Shown one piece after another: positions 12,599 to 25,056 of a DNA stretch of 35,027 nucleotides (within the stretch, counting starts at the first letter, position 1; each line of letters begins with the position of its first letter). A program made the position numbers and the translations under genes. The notes under the pieces were generated by a model. It was not told the origin of the DNA. It made no database searches and saw only the letters and a program-made list of their open reading frames with translations. Origin of the DNA: Pelomyxa schiedti (Eukaryota; Protista; Evosea); the NCBI GenBank assembly GCA_020536535.1, contig JAHLWZ010000175.1:1-35027 (forward strand), read 5' to 3'.

Positions 12599-14818
12599 CT
12601 ACAACTTTATTCGTCTCATCTGCCTCGTCATGCCAGTGCAGGTGTTTCGTTGCGTACTGGTTCCGAAGTCCATGACGTAATTCTGATACACCTTGTCATT
12701 GAATCTGAGGAACCCAAACTGGAATGTGCGTACGGCGTTTCCGCTAAGATAGTTCTGGTACTGCTCGATGGCGGTCTGTGACGTGTCACTTACAGGCTGC
12801 CCAGCGCCGTACGGCCGCGCCGCCACGCTGCGTCGTCCTTCCACTCCCATAAGTACCTTTGTGCAGGGGCCGGTGCCTGGGCAGCGGCGGCAGCAGCAGG
12901 AGTCCCACAATAAAATGGAAGAGGTGCAGCTCCGTCAAATGTGGCGACGAGGACGGGCACGCAGTACATCTCGCCGTTGGGGGGGTTGTCCACAACGTAG
13001 TGGTGGTTCATGTGGTAGTAGTCACACTCCTTGATCAGCCAGAACAGCATGAGTGTGTTGGTGTTCCCTGCATAGGAACTAAGGGGGTACGCAACGTTGT
13101 CCGCTAAATTCCCCGGGGCCGTACGCCTGTTGGCTCCTCCTCCCAGGATCGAGGCCAGCGTGGAGAATTGACTGGAGTGCTGCGGGTGCCGTGCCACGCA
13201 AACACACCCTTATTGAATATAGACTGTGGGTTACTTGCATCCCAATTGAGCTTGGTGAGGGCTGCAAGGAACCTCTTGGCGCTGGGGCATCCTTTTGACA
13301 GCTCAGTGTTGAACCTCAGGGTGTTCTGCTGCATGATATGACCGCCGTTGTTCACCGCGCTGTTTGTGATGGCGAAGTTGTATGCCTCTTTGTAAAGGAA
13401 CTTCCAGAGCTCGGCTGGATCCTTTGTCATATCGTAGCAAACATCTGGCACAATTGCGATGGATGCTGGATTTCACGCTTGGAGGGCATCCTCAATGGCA
13501 CCAAAGAATCCGAGGATTTCTCCCTTCTTATCGGGAGCCCCGTCACCTCCAGCGCCCGTGTTTTTGAGTTGAATCTCACCCGTACATGGTTTGACAGTGA
13601 CGCGAGAATAGGCAGAAAACGTTTGAACGAGTTCATCAGCATGGTTTTATCTGTTCCGGATTCCATGTTAATGACCAGTGGGCTGGTGTAGTTATGAAAT
13701 AGCTCTTTGGCTTTGTTCACATCAGGTGGAACCAGCTTGGTTGTGGAGTTCACGGTTGGCTTCACGCCGTTCTGAGTTAAATAGTTCCTGAAATTGTTGA
13801 ATGGGGATGCAGATTTTGAACCCACCGTTGAGTGGTCAATGACCTCTGTTCCTGGCATTTGCGAAGGCAGCGAAAAAAGGACATCCATGCTTCCCTGCAA
13901 AACTTGTCTGATTTGAATCTGTTCTGGAGGGACAGAGTACTGTTCTGCAAGATCCTTGCGCAGGTTGGCAATGAACACTTCCCTGTTGTCTTGCAGGAAC
14001 AGTGGTGACTCGAATGCTGGGCCTTGTTTCAGCTGAATCATTGGTGTCTGCTCCTTGGTTGCAACATTATAACCACCTCTTCCACGGATATCACATCCAG
14101 TAACTCCGGTGCAGCTTCGACTTCTTTCAATGCAGTGCAAACAGATCGACATAGATTCAGGTCAGGCGTGTTAAGTTTGCCTTCGCCTGAAGCCGAAGTA
14201 TTGGAAGACGGCGTCGTCGAATTGGTATGATCACCTGCAGAGACAACTGTTCGCAGTTTTGTGATAGTACATGCATAATTGAGGATATCGAGCCTTCGTT
14301 GGGAGGGGGCCGCAACTTTGGACTGCTAGAACAACTCAGAGGGGAAGTTGGCGTTTCTTCACATCCGGCAAGTGCCTCACATACCGCCTGCAAAACTTCT
14401 ACTCTGGTCAGTTTCTGCATTACCTTCAACTTCTGGGGGGTGTTCTGTATTCTCACGTGGAATTGCATTCTTCAACGTACACTCCAAATTGCTGGAACTA
14501 CAACAAAAACAGAATAGGACAAAACAAAGCAAATAGATGAAATACCTTGGCTGTGTTTCGTTTGATTGGGGAACTGTACCAAAGTACCAGTCATTCCACA
14601 GCGCCCGAATTGTTTCCCATAGGTTAGCTTTTTTTTTCTTTGTAAAAACCAAAATTAACAATAGAGCTAACCTCCAAGTGTGAGTGGATGCAACAACCCC
14701 TCGAAAAGGGAATCAGTGCTTGTTTGGGAGGCAGCTGGGTGTGTTGAGGCGGCGGAAGAGGGATTCTGGTTTGTTGCAATTCTGCTTCTGTTTCTGTTGT
14801 TGTCTGGTTATCACTCAT
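12599..14818 (-). pseudogene. Disrupted gene encoding a PARP-like ADP-ribosyltransferase domain plus a C-terminal WWE domain
   Basis: Motifs FAWHGT, AALQSILHAGLDPGRRSQQAYGPGE(F), ADNVAY..SYAG...LMLFWL...HYVVDN....YCVPVLVATF and WWE-like YLWEWKDDAAW / RPY...AIEQYQNY...YVMDFGTSTQRNTCTGMTRQMRR lie in different frames. There are four frameshifts and one in-frame TGA (13473-13475). The 5' exons from ATG 14818 are inferred using short introns. Confidence 0.75.
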
Positions 14819-14915
14819 TCCCCTTTCTCTTTTTTTCAAAACAAAAAACGCGCTGAATTTCAAAAGAATAAAAGTTTTTGTTTTAACCAAGACTATGGAA
14901 CATAATTGGATGCAC

Positions 14916-15837
14916 TTAATGCTTGCGCTTTGGAGCCACTTTCCTAGCTTGGGTAATTTCTTCACCTACAATTTCTTGGCAGGCGACTTGCCATTGGACT
15001 ATGGCTATGGCAAGCTTGGCAACAGCCAATGGAAGGCAAATTAGTGTGAAGGCGTAAACTGCTTTGTGAACAATTGGTATTCCGAGGAGACCTTCCTCAG
15101 TTCCCCAATGTAAGCAGTACAAACAAAGGTAAAAAGCCTCATTTCCAAAACAAAGGAGACCAAGATTCCTTTTCTGATAATACCTTGTTTTAAGTGGGTA
15201 TCGAGCCAAAAGAAATGAAGTGGCGGTAATACCAGTTGAGAACCGGGTGAGTGCATGTTTTGTGGCTATCTATGCGACGGAAAAGTGAGCTAGCACATGT
15301 AAATCGGCAACCGGGAAACCGTAAATAGGAAAGCGTACCTGTACATCTGTGTCCAATGGCTGCAAATATCCACAAACACATAAAACTGGAAGTAGTATGT
15401 CCAGCTTGGGTACCAGACACAAAGAATCATTAAAAGCATCGCAGTTCCAGTCCTGTCGGTTATCATGTCGAGCACAGCTCCGAAGCGTGTGCCTTGTTTG
15501 TTTAAGACAGGAGGTACGTTCCACAAAAGTATATAAACGGAAAAAAGTACATTGGTTATAAGCACGCGCAAGGTGCCCGTCGAGCATGTCCATTAGGGCG
15601 CTCGCCATGTAGCAAAACAGGAACGTCAATGGGCATCGGAACCCAACCCAAAAGCCGATAAGATTCAGCGTTATTCGTGCATACCCTGGGGTATCGTTAA
15701 ACTTTGAAGGTGGGAGTGCAATCGATTTTTTATTTTGGGTTGTGTTTTCGTCTTCATAATGTTTTTGGAAATGTCAACGCAGGGAAACGATGCCAACCGA
15801 CGAGGTTAGGGTAGTACAGGTACACGTTTCCCTCCAT
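14916..15837 (-). CDS. PIS1: Phosphatidylinositol synthase (CDP-diacylglycerol-inositol 3-phosphatidyltransferase)
   Basis: MEGNVYLYYPNLVGYARI, the CDP-alcohol phosphotransferase motif DMLDGHLARAYNQ.TRFGAVLDMITDR, then DICSHW, SHK and CFGNEAFY. Confidence 0.93.
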
Positions 15838-15986
15838 TCCTTCTCCTTTTTTTTTTTCTTTCCTGTGCTTTTTCGGTTTTTTTAAATTCGAACTTTTGAT
15901 GACAATGCAGGTTCTCTGAGTCGTCGAAAAAAGAACAAAGTATGAGAGTAATAGCATAGAAGTTGTCCCAACCCTTTCCTTGAGGG

Positions 15987-17625
15987 TCAACATATAGAAC
16001 AGAATGGTTTGGTGTCTGCTGGTTGTGGTGGGGGTGCAGGGGTGGTGGGGTTGAGTTGCTTTCGATAGGTTTCCATAAGGTCTTTGTAGGTTGGGGCATG
16101 TTCTGCAGCTTGGGTGAACATTTGGATTGCCTGTTGGGTTGTTTCTGGTGCCAGGGGGGTTGTTCTAAGCCTGAGCTCAAATGGTCCATTTTCAAGAAGG
16201 GTTCTTTCTCTCTCCCATGTGAAGAGAGCTGCTCCTGTTGTGGTAGCAAATGGATTAAGCTCAACCACAATTACACGGCCAGTGGAAAGGATGCCAAAGT
16301 CTATTACATACTGGCTATGAGGAATGCGGTGTTTGATTTCCTATCTTGGAGTTAGATTTAATTACGTGGAGTTAGGCTCTACACCTTGCTCCAAAACTCG
16401 AGAATAGATGCCGAGATAACTTCTTTCTTAGATTGTAAATGCGGGTACAAGCAATATTGGTTATATTGCGAAATTGCAGTAATCTTGCCTCCACAAACAA
16501 ATGTTCGGAATTCCATGTCTTCAGTGAGTCGCGGCTCCCACCTTCTAACACTGAAGCACGTCATCCACACCTGTGTTGTAGGGTAGGGCTACATTATTAA
16601 TCAAGGTAGCAGCACACATCCCCAGGTATCTTTGCATTGTCGAGATCCAGCAAGAGATCAACAAATACTCTCTCACTACTCAAAATAAGGCTCATGGCAT
16701 CTCTTCCTCGCTTACAGCAGAGTTGAGAACGACAGGAAAATAACACTCGCAACTTGGCTTGCAATTCTTCCTCTGGGGTGGTACACGAAGCAAGCTCAGG
16801 CTTCACCGCAGCGGAATACTCTTGGGACTACAGGAAATTAGTAAAGGGGAAAAAACCTACGAAACATTACCCTAGTATCCTCAAATGGGTCACCATCTTT
16901 TGGACTTCGGCTACTAAGTCTCACAAAGGCTCCATCTCTTGCGAATGCGGGGTCAGAAAGTGCCTGTTGGTTGTTTGTTGGTGCCTAAAAACAATCCTGC
17001 AGACAAATCAACAACTCACAGTGTCCAATTTCTTCTCAATAGCAGCCAGAATATCCAAATCCTCCAGAGTGAGGTCCTGCTTTCTATTGTACCGCCGCTG
17101 ATAGAAGTTCACGCAAGCGCAGGCCTCCCGCAGGGAAAAAGGCAGGAACCTAGTGAAGAACGTGAGGTACCTGTCATCCAAGTCATTGGCAGCCGGCGTG
17201 TCATCAACCGGAACCGGCACCGCTGGGATTTCATTCGGGATGGTCTCGCTCATTTCCCCAACTTGATCATCTGCGCTCCCACTGCCACTAGTAGTTGTAC
17301 TTGTAGTGGTACAAGTACTTGTACTTGGACTTGTAGTATTCACAGTAGTTGTAGAAGTACTTGTATTTGTAGTATTCACAGAAGCGACATCGGTGTTTGT
17401 TGGAGCAACAGTCTCGGTTTTTGACAATGATTCGGGCCCTGGGCCCATAATTTCCACAGGGTGGGTTTTATCGGCACCAGTTTTATCGTCTGTGGTGCCA
17501 AGAGTAGAAGAAGGTAGCTGTGGCGGGGAACCGTCTGGCGCCGCTAGGAAATGGTACCACCTCTCCGGATCAAAGTCCAGGTGCTCTTTCTTCTTCTGTG
17601 ACACGTGTTTGCTGCGACTGTACAT
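15987..17625 (-). CDS. Cdc123-like (R2K clade) ATP-grasp protein with a Thr-rich insert and C-terminal CSIC
   Basis: DFDPERWY, FVRLSSRSPKD, SSERVFVDL, VRRW...MEFRTFVCGGKITAISQY, VVELNPFATTTGAALFTW..E...L.NGPFELRLR. Ends KPFCSIC*. Confidence 0.85.
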
Positions 17626-18015
17626 TGTGGGATAGTCGTGCGCCGTTGGTTTTGTTCTTAGTTGTAGTGATGGTGATCTTTCCTGATTGAAACGGTTTCC
17701 CTCTGATCACCAAAATCAGAACCGGGTAATTCACAGGAGTGCACTGCGCGGGGGACTTAGAAGTGCCTTTGAGGGTCTGTACTTGTACTGTTGTCACCGA
17801 CCCGAAAACCGTTTTTTTCTTAATGGAACCTCTGGATGTACAAAATAAGATACGGCACCAACGCAATCACTGGAACCAAAAGAAAAAAAAAAAAAGGAGA
17901 TAAAGGAAAACCACTGTGGTGTGCAGTTTTTTTTTAACCCTCTTCCTCCCCTGCTCTCCCCCAAGTCCCAACCAAAAACACATAGAGACCACAACAACCA
18001 AGCAGAGAGCAATCA

Positions 18016-19614
18016 ATGGGCAACAACAACACAAGCAAGAAAAAATCCGGCAGCAGTGACCACCACCAGCCATCACCATCCCACTCCACGTCCACCAAGA
18101 CCACATCACCCACAACCTCTTACACATCCTCCCACTCCTCCTCCTCCTCCTCGTCGTCATCGACAGCCGCACGAGGAGGTGGGTCCACAGGAGGCGGGGG
18201 CGGCACCTCGTCGCAGCTGCAGCAGCGCCAGCCGAGCATGAGCCGGGGCTCTCAGCCCCAGGCGCAGGCTCACGGCACACCCGCTGCGGTGCCTAAATCG
18301 ACATCGCCTGCTGTGACGGCTGCTTCTACGGCTGCAGCTTCTGCGACGCCGGTGGCTCCTGAGGGTAAAATGCAGGAGGTGCTAAAACAATACTATTCTA
18401 ACTGAAATGGAACTTAAATACTCAATGAAATTAGAGCAGATTGCGCTCAAACGATATTATATTAAAAAGTTCATGCTAAAAAAAAACACTGTTGGGAATT
18501 GGACTAACTGCTCAACACACAAAAGTTTTCTATGCGGTTGTCTGATGCAGACGTGAAGAAGTTGTCTGATTTGTGGCTTGAACTTGTGGGTTCTAAAACT
18601 GAAACAGTGTGTTAGAATTTCCTCCGGCCTTACAATGCTTAACAAACAAAGGTATCATACGAAAAATTCACAGACATTGTAAAACAAGCTTCTAAATTGT
18701 TCCCCGATCTACTTGCGCTGAAAGAACCCGAATTTGCCCAACAACTATTTACTCTACTCGATGTAGATCACAGTAATACTATTAGCTACCAGGAGTTATT
18801 TGGAGGGGTTGCAGCAAATTGGAATTTACTAGGAACCTAATCCTATTCAATAGTTAGCTGTCATGGCTAAGGGAGACATGAAAGACAAGGCAGCTCTTGT
18901 ATTTTATGCCTGTGATGCTAATGGTTGTTATCTCCTAGCTTTGATATGCTAACCAAACGCACAAAAGGTGACGGTACATTGACGAGACAAGAGCTCACAC
19001 AAGCATTTGAAAATGCCCTCTACAATGCACAAATGCTGGTTACCATACAGACTGGAAGAACTATGATACCCAGCTTCCCAGGATTTGATGGAATGGCAAT
19101 TCTTCGGAAAAATGCTGGTACAAAATAAACATTTCACACTCGCACTTCTTTCAACTGCCACACAAGAATACTCACATCTTCATAGCCGAAGGAGCAGCTA
19201 GATCTGTTGAGCTTCATAGACCACATATTCAACAAGCAATAGATAAGGTAGTAAATTCACATCCACTGACTCAAAACTAAACAAAACAAACTGGCCACAG
19301 ATATTCGAGGCTGATGACAACGACGATGGTGTGTTGTCATTGGAAGAATGGTGCACACATTGTGAGACAGTACCAGAAATTAGAGCATTTTTCAAGTTTG
19401 CCACAGGTACTCTTCCCTCAGTTTCACTTCGCTCCCACAACAAAATAATCTTTCTTTTTTTGGCAATTTCCTGTACCTCACACTGTCATTCCTAGGCGGC
19501 AAGTTGATCAACACAAGTGATGTTGCTGTCACGGAATTGGCGGCTCAAAATCCATTCGCCTCTGAGGCGGACCTCTCTGATGCCTCAGCCGCCGCAGGTG
19601 GGAATAACCTCTGA
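18016..19614 (+). CDS. N-myristoylated EF-hand calcium sensor (NCS/calcineurin-B-like), multi-exon
   Basis: MGNNNTSKKK start. EF loops DVDHSNTISYQE, DANGDGTLTRQE and DDNDDGVLSLEE, plus the NCS-like linker LAVMAKGDMKDKAALVF. Confidence 0.85.
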
Positions 19615-19982
19615 TGAATCCCTAATAGACTGTCCAAACCATAACCCATACCAATCAGCAATCAAGCAATTCCAAACCCCAACCCCAAACTTAAACAAAA
19701 CCCACCCACAACACCGACAGCGGGGAGTGTGTAAAAATGAATATCCCCACTCAATCACATCCCTTCGCCTTTCCTCCTCCATTTTCTTCGCGGATCCCAT
19801 CGTAATTTTTACCTGGTAACAATTGGCTGAATAAAATAATCAACAGACCGGAACGCTGTACTTTTCGTTATCATCGCTCAGGATCGGTGGTCTGGTGTTT
19901 TTTTTATTCGGCCAATTACCTCGCCTTCATAAATTCTCCGATCCAACAAGAAAAAAATAAAACCATCAAATATAATCGGAAA

Positions 19983-20743
19983 ATGGCCGCAAGTTCGCCA
20001 GCAGTCGCTGTTACAACTCCAAAGAAAATTCTGTTGGTGAATGGGAGCCCACGCAAGGACTGGAACACAGGCAAGTTGCTCAAAAAAGCCGCTGAAGGAG
20101 CTAGGGCCGCGGGGGCCGAGGCCGAAATCGTGCACCTGTACGACATTACTTTCAAGGGCTGCGTGAGCTGCTTTGAGTGCAAGAGAATTGGTGGCCCCAA
20201 TTATGGGAGGTGCGCGATGAGGGACGGCCTGAGCGAGTTGTTGGACAAAGTCGACCAGGCTGATGCCTTGATTGTGGGATCACCTATTTATTTTGGCAAC
20301 GTGACAGGTGAAACTAGGTACCTTCCTGTTTATTTCTTTGATTTATTACACTCCTTTATGCCTTGTTCTTTTTTTTTTTAATGAACAACAGGTCATTCAT
20401 GGAGAGGGCTCTCTTCCGTCACTTTGTGTATGATACAGCTATGACCACCTTGGCACCAAAGAAGAAGCCAGTAGGGCTTGTTTTCACTATGGGCGTTCCG
20501 GATTCCTTGATCAGCACAATGGGCTACAACGCCGTGTTTGAAGGAATATCATGGCCATTCAAGGCAGTCCTAGGCAGTGCCGAAGTGCTCCTCGTGACAG
20601 ACACATACCAATTCTCTGACTACTCCAAATACGAAACATCCAGATTCGATGCTGCCGCCAAAGCGGCAAGACAGAGGGACCAGTTCCCGTTGGACCTTGA
20701 AAAGGCTTTTGATATGGGAAAAAGACTTGTTTCACAACCTTAA
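19983..20743 (+). CDS. Iron-sulfur flavoprotein (Isf) / flavodoxin-like FMN reductase family, one intron (20318-20391)
   Basis: ILLVNGSPRKDWNT, GCVSCFECKRIGGPNYGRC (CxxCxxC-x9-C), ADALIVGSPIYFGNVTGETRSFMER, FPLDLEKAFDMGKRL. Confidence 0.92.
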
Positions 20744-20847
20744 AAGAACGAAAATTTTTTGAATTTTCTTTTGTTTTTTTTTTTCTCCAACAAATACATG
20801 TAGTCCCTCTGTTGTGGATGTGGTGATTGGCTAAAAAGTGGTTTAGT

Positions 20848-23800
20848 TTACAGAAAATCTACAATGGGAGGTTTGCAGTTAGGACTCTGCTGAAGGAATT
20901 CTTCAAAGCGTTCTACATGTTGCGCCCATTCACGCTTGGCTACCGGCACATATACATCATGCCGTGATGGCTTGATGGGTGGGTTGGTGCGGCCATTTGG
21001 TTGACCTTGGTGAGTGTTGATTGGTTCATTTTCTGTCTGCATCACCAATCCAAGATAGGCTTCAATTTGTGTATTGATTTGCCTTTAGACCGGTAATTAT
21101 AAAAGGGAACGGTAGGGCAAGGGAAGAAAAACCTATTTATGGCGTCCATGTCAAAGGACGGGTCAGACAAGTGGGATGATTTGGAAATCTTTCTGGACCG
21201 CTAAGAAGCATTAAAGAAAGGTTGAAGAAGTACTTTGAACAAAACCTGTAGTAGCAGGACTTGGTAGAAACCAGACCGAACCAAGTTGCTCTGATTGTGT
21301 TTTAATTGTTGTAAAGCATTGTGGGGATGCAGAGCCACAAACCCAATGTAAAAAGAAGAAGAGAAACCACCGGTTTAAGAGAAATTCAAGAAATAAAAAC
21401 TGTGAAAGGGTCACCAAAAAAAAAAATACTACTAAAAAGAACCAATCGGGATTCGAAAAAGAATAAATCTGCATGTTTATATAGAAGATTTAATACCTAG
21501 CTTCCCGGTTAAAAAAAACGGGTGGCAAATAAACTGTACTCACACGAACTAGCAAGCTGTGGTGATCAACATCAATTATCACTGTTGAGAATTGAGTTCA
21601 TTATCAGGACTTTAATTTCACACACCCTCAAAACCCTGGCACATGAACTTGGTGTCAAACTCACTACCGAGTATTTGCTTATGGCGTGTGAGGCACGTGA
21701 ACCAGCGGTCCATAAATGTGAGTGTGTCTGAGAAGAATTACCCCAGTTTAGAAGGGGTAGACAGGAAGAGGGTACCCAATACAGGCATGATGTCTAAGGC
21801 GCAAGTCTTTGCATAGAACAACCTAGTTCACCACTAAGAATGAGGGGAAAAAAAAATGTGTCAGAAAACCGTATCAACGCGTTAACAACTCTTTCTGGAT
21901 CAACTGAGAGTAGCAAGTCCTCAATTTCTACCAAGTATACACTATCCCCTGGTTTTTGATTGGTGTAGGATGATAAAAACGCCTGCACAAGGCTATGAAA
22001 TGAAGGCATCATACACCACTCAAATTCTCTTTTGTGAGTATTAGAAGAGGAAGAGGAAAGAGGAAAAACCCAAACCTACTAGCCACAAGAAACTTTGCGT
22101 GCAGGAGCAACTCTTTGAAGAAAACAAGGAAGGAATTCTTGAAAATCTCTATCCACTTCTTTTCAAGCGATGAATAATCTCAGAATAACTCATTTAAACA
22201 TACTGTTTTCTGTACTTCAATAAATGAAATGTCTTCTGAATCCGGCATCACCTGTTGGTAGAAGTAAACAATAGGTGTTGGAGAAAAGAGTACATGTTCC
22301 AACAATGAATGAAAAGGATCCCATTGGAAAAAACACGGAAAGAGAGATTGTTGAATATCAAGCTTGTCTATTTTTACAGTAACTGCAACGAAATACAGGT
22401 AAGAACTAACCAAGGTCAATGTTGGTGTCAATATATATTTCTGGGAGTGTGGGAAGAGAATTGGACAAAACTCTGCGAAAGCCTCATTTTTGCCTCAGTT
22501 AAGGCTCTTAATTCAATATATTTATGGTCAGAATACATGGTATACGGAAAAATAGGATCGCTAGAATTCTGCTAGCTGAGCGCCAATACATATTAGGAGG
22601 ATCAAGTTGAGACTCCATGGTTTGTGGTGCGTCCTAGAAATATTACTTTTTAATTGACCTGGAAGATATTACCTTCGGTTCAGATTCGCTACTATTACTG
22701 GAAGACCCCCCCAGAGTTGACAAGGAGGTAGTATTTGATTCGGGGGCAGCATTTAGTTCGTTAGATGCAGTTGGTGTTCTACCGGAGGGAATATGTTCCG
22801 CTGAAGAGGGTTTGTTTTCTTCAACGGTGGTTTCGACGATGTGTGAAACTTGTGATAGTCCGGTTTGAGGAGGTTGGTAAAGGGACAAAGTGGATATTGG
22901 GGTCGAGGAGAGTTCGATATTGGTTGAAGTTCTCTGGGGAGCTATATCCGTAGCCGGGATAGATGCAGATAGTTTTTTCAAAGAGGCCAGAAGAATATCA
23001 AGTTCATCTTCCCCTTCTGACTCCGCTTCCTCAAACTCACATTCATCATCCGAGTGTTGAGGCTGCATACCTCCCTGTGTGAGAACTTTATCCATTGTGT
23101 TCAAAGGATTTTTGCTTTCTTCGACACTGTTGTTCTCTGAGAAAAGTTCGGGAATAGGTGGGGGTACCGGAGGGGAAGAGGAAGGTAAGGGAGGTGAACC
23201 CGAAAAAGGCTGATCTGGTGTTGTCGCTGATCCTAGAGAAGGCACTGATTTATGCCTAACGATTTGGGTGTTATGGGAGGGATTGGAATGGGCCTGAGCT
23301 ATTTCATTATGTTGGGAGAGAGTATCTGGTTGAGGTTCTTTGGAAAGGTTCTGTGAAATTGCCTCTGTGGGTGCCGTTTGCGGTGGATCTGATGGCTCCA
23401 TATCCTGGGCGCATTTTACAGGGGGAGAGGGAAGTGGGTACTGGGGTGGTGCGTGCCGGGTTTGAGCTCTACAGGATGAAATTAATGGACGAATTTGTTC
23501 ACTTGATGTGGGGCCTTTGGAGGTTAGGATCTGGCTCTTCGACGGCCATATCGGCTGCGAATTTGATGATTCTTGTGGTGTTGGAGATGGCAGTTGTGAA
23601 AGTTGAGAGAGACTTGGTGAAGGTGTCACTGACAATTGTGACGGTTCTGAGGACTGGGGAGATACTTGAGAGGGTATAGTTATAGGCAATGAAGTGGACA
23701 CAATTGGAAGCTCAGGTGAGTTTTTTTGTACAGGTACAGGAGTGGGGGACCAGTGGATGGTGCTTAGTAGCCACTGAAGAGTGGAATACATGAGCTTTCT

Positions 23801-24817
23801 GTAACGAATGGATAACACAAAATCCAGGGAAACTTTGCATTGGGCAGCAGACTGCTGCTTTGGTATCGGGAAGTGCACCAGTTCGGGTCTGACAAAGAAA
23901 TCAGGGTCATAAAAAAAAAAAAAAATCCAAAAGTGATACCGAACTAAAATGACAGCCAGTGTACTTAAAAAAGTGAGTGGAATGTCATCACAAGGTAGAA
24001 GTTGCATTGCAGTTAGTAATTGCGCCCACAACTGAAAGAGACATTGGTTAACTACAGGTTCATACTCACTACCGGATACTTGGTGTTAGAAGGAAAAGTG
24101 AAGCTGATTAGAACAGTACTGTGTTTTATCTGTATCATACACATAGCTCAGTGACTCAGAAAGATTTTCTAGCAGGCTGGACATTTGAGAAATGACAGAC
24201 TTTATTTTTGGTCAGATTATTAAAAAGGGCAACAAGAAGGGACACACTTGTTTTTTTTCGGGAGCAGCTAATTGGGTGCAAAGACTTTCAAAACGGGGCA
24301 TTACATCCCTATTAACAAGGCTATGGAAGGATGTCGCCCTACCGTAAAAAAGAAGTTAGAAAGCTATCAACACACCAATGGCCACCTGTCCTAATGAATG
24401 GTTCCCCAACACACAATAAAAATGCCTGGTTGCACACCAATTTTTGTACTTGTTCGATTCCACAGTCTGCTTGGCGAAAGTTGGCAGCCTGAAGTGGCTC
24501 AGCACTCCTTTTTTCTTTCTCTTCTCACCTCCTGCTGTTCCGTTTCCCGCACTGCTTCCCACAAGTGAGTTCGCTCCGCCACTGTTCCCGCTACCACTTC
24601 CGCCCGAGTTTGTCTGCAAAGATCCCGTAAACGCCGGGCTCGAAGAAGAAGACGGCGGTGAAGATGCGGCTGCCGAGGACGCCGATGGCGCTGACGACGA
24701 GGAAGACGAAGACGGGGATGCGGGAACAAGACTAGTGCTTGAACTGCGCCTGTTTTCTTTCTTTGTCTTTTTGGTGCTGCCGATCTCCCACGTTAGTGAC
24801 GTGGCGCGGTGGTGCAT
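20848..24817 (-). CDS. Large multi-exon hypothetical protein with helical regions flanking a long Pro/Ser-rich disordered exon
   Basis: A chain of minus-strand ORFs separated by GT-AG introns, including a 462-codon ORF at 22643-24031. No family recognised, and the 3' end is uncertain. Confidence 0.65.
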
Positions 24818-25056
24818 CTTCTAATTTTCCCTTTTGTTTTTTTGTTGTGTCTTTGTTTGGCGTCACTCCCCGGTCGGTCGTCGCGCTCGCGTATCGCGTG
24901 CCGTTTGGCGTGCACGTCGTTCGAACGACGTTTCCAAATTACGCTATTTTCTTCGCTTTCTCCCTCTATCTTTCTGTCCGATCATTTTCATCAATCGCTT
25001 TAGAATAACACAAAAGTTGCACACGGCGCCCAACTTGTGTCGCCAAAGCAAATGTT

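Noticed and set aside
12599-13545. Physarum-like single-nucleotide insertional RNA editing or TGA recoding to explain the PARP lesions
   Set aside because: The lesions have mixed net phases and one looks like a short duplication. TGA serves as a normal stop in neighbouring genes.
20740-20848. Overlapping convergent stop codons between Isf and the large hypothetical gene
   Set aside because: The putative extra exon does not reach the TTAA in frame, so the 3' end remains unresolved.
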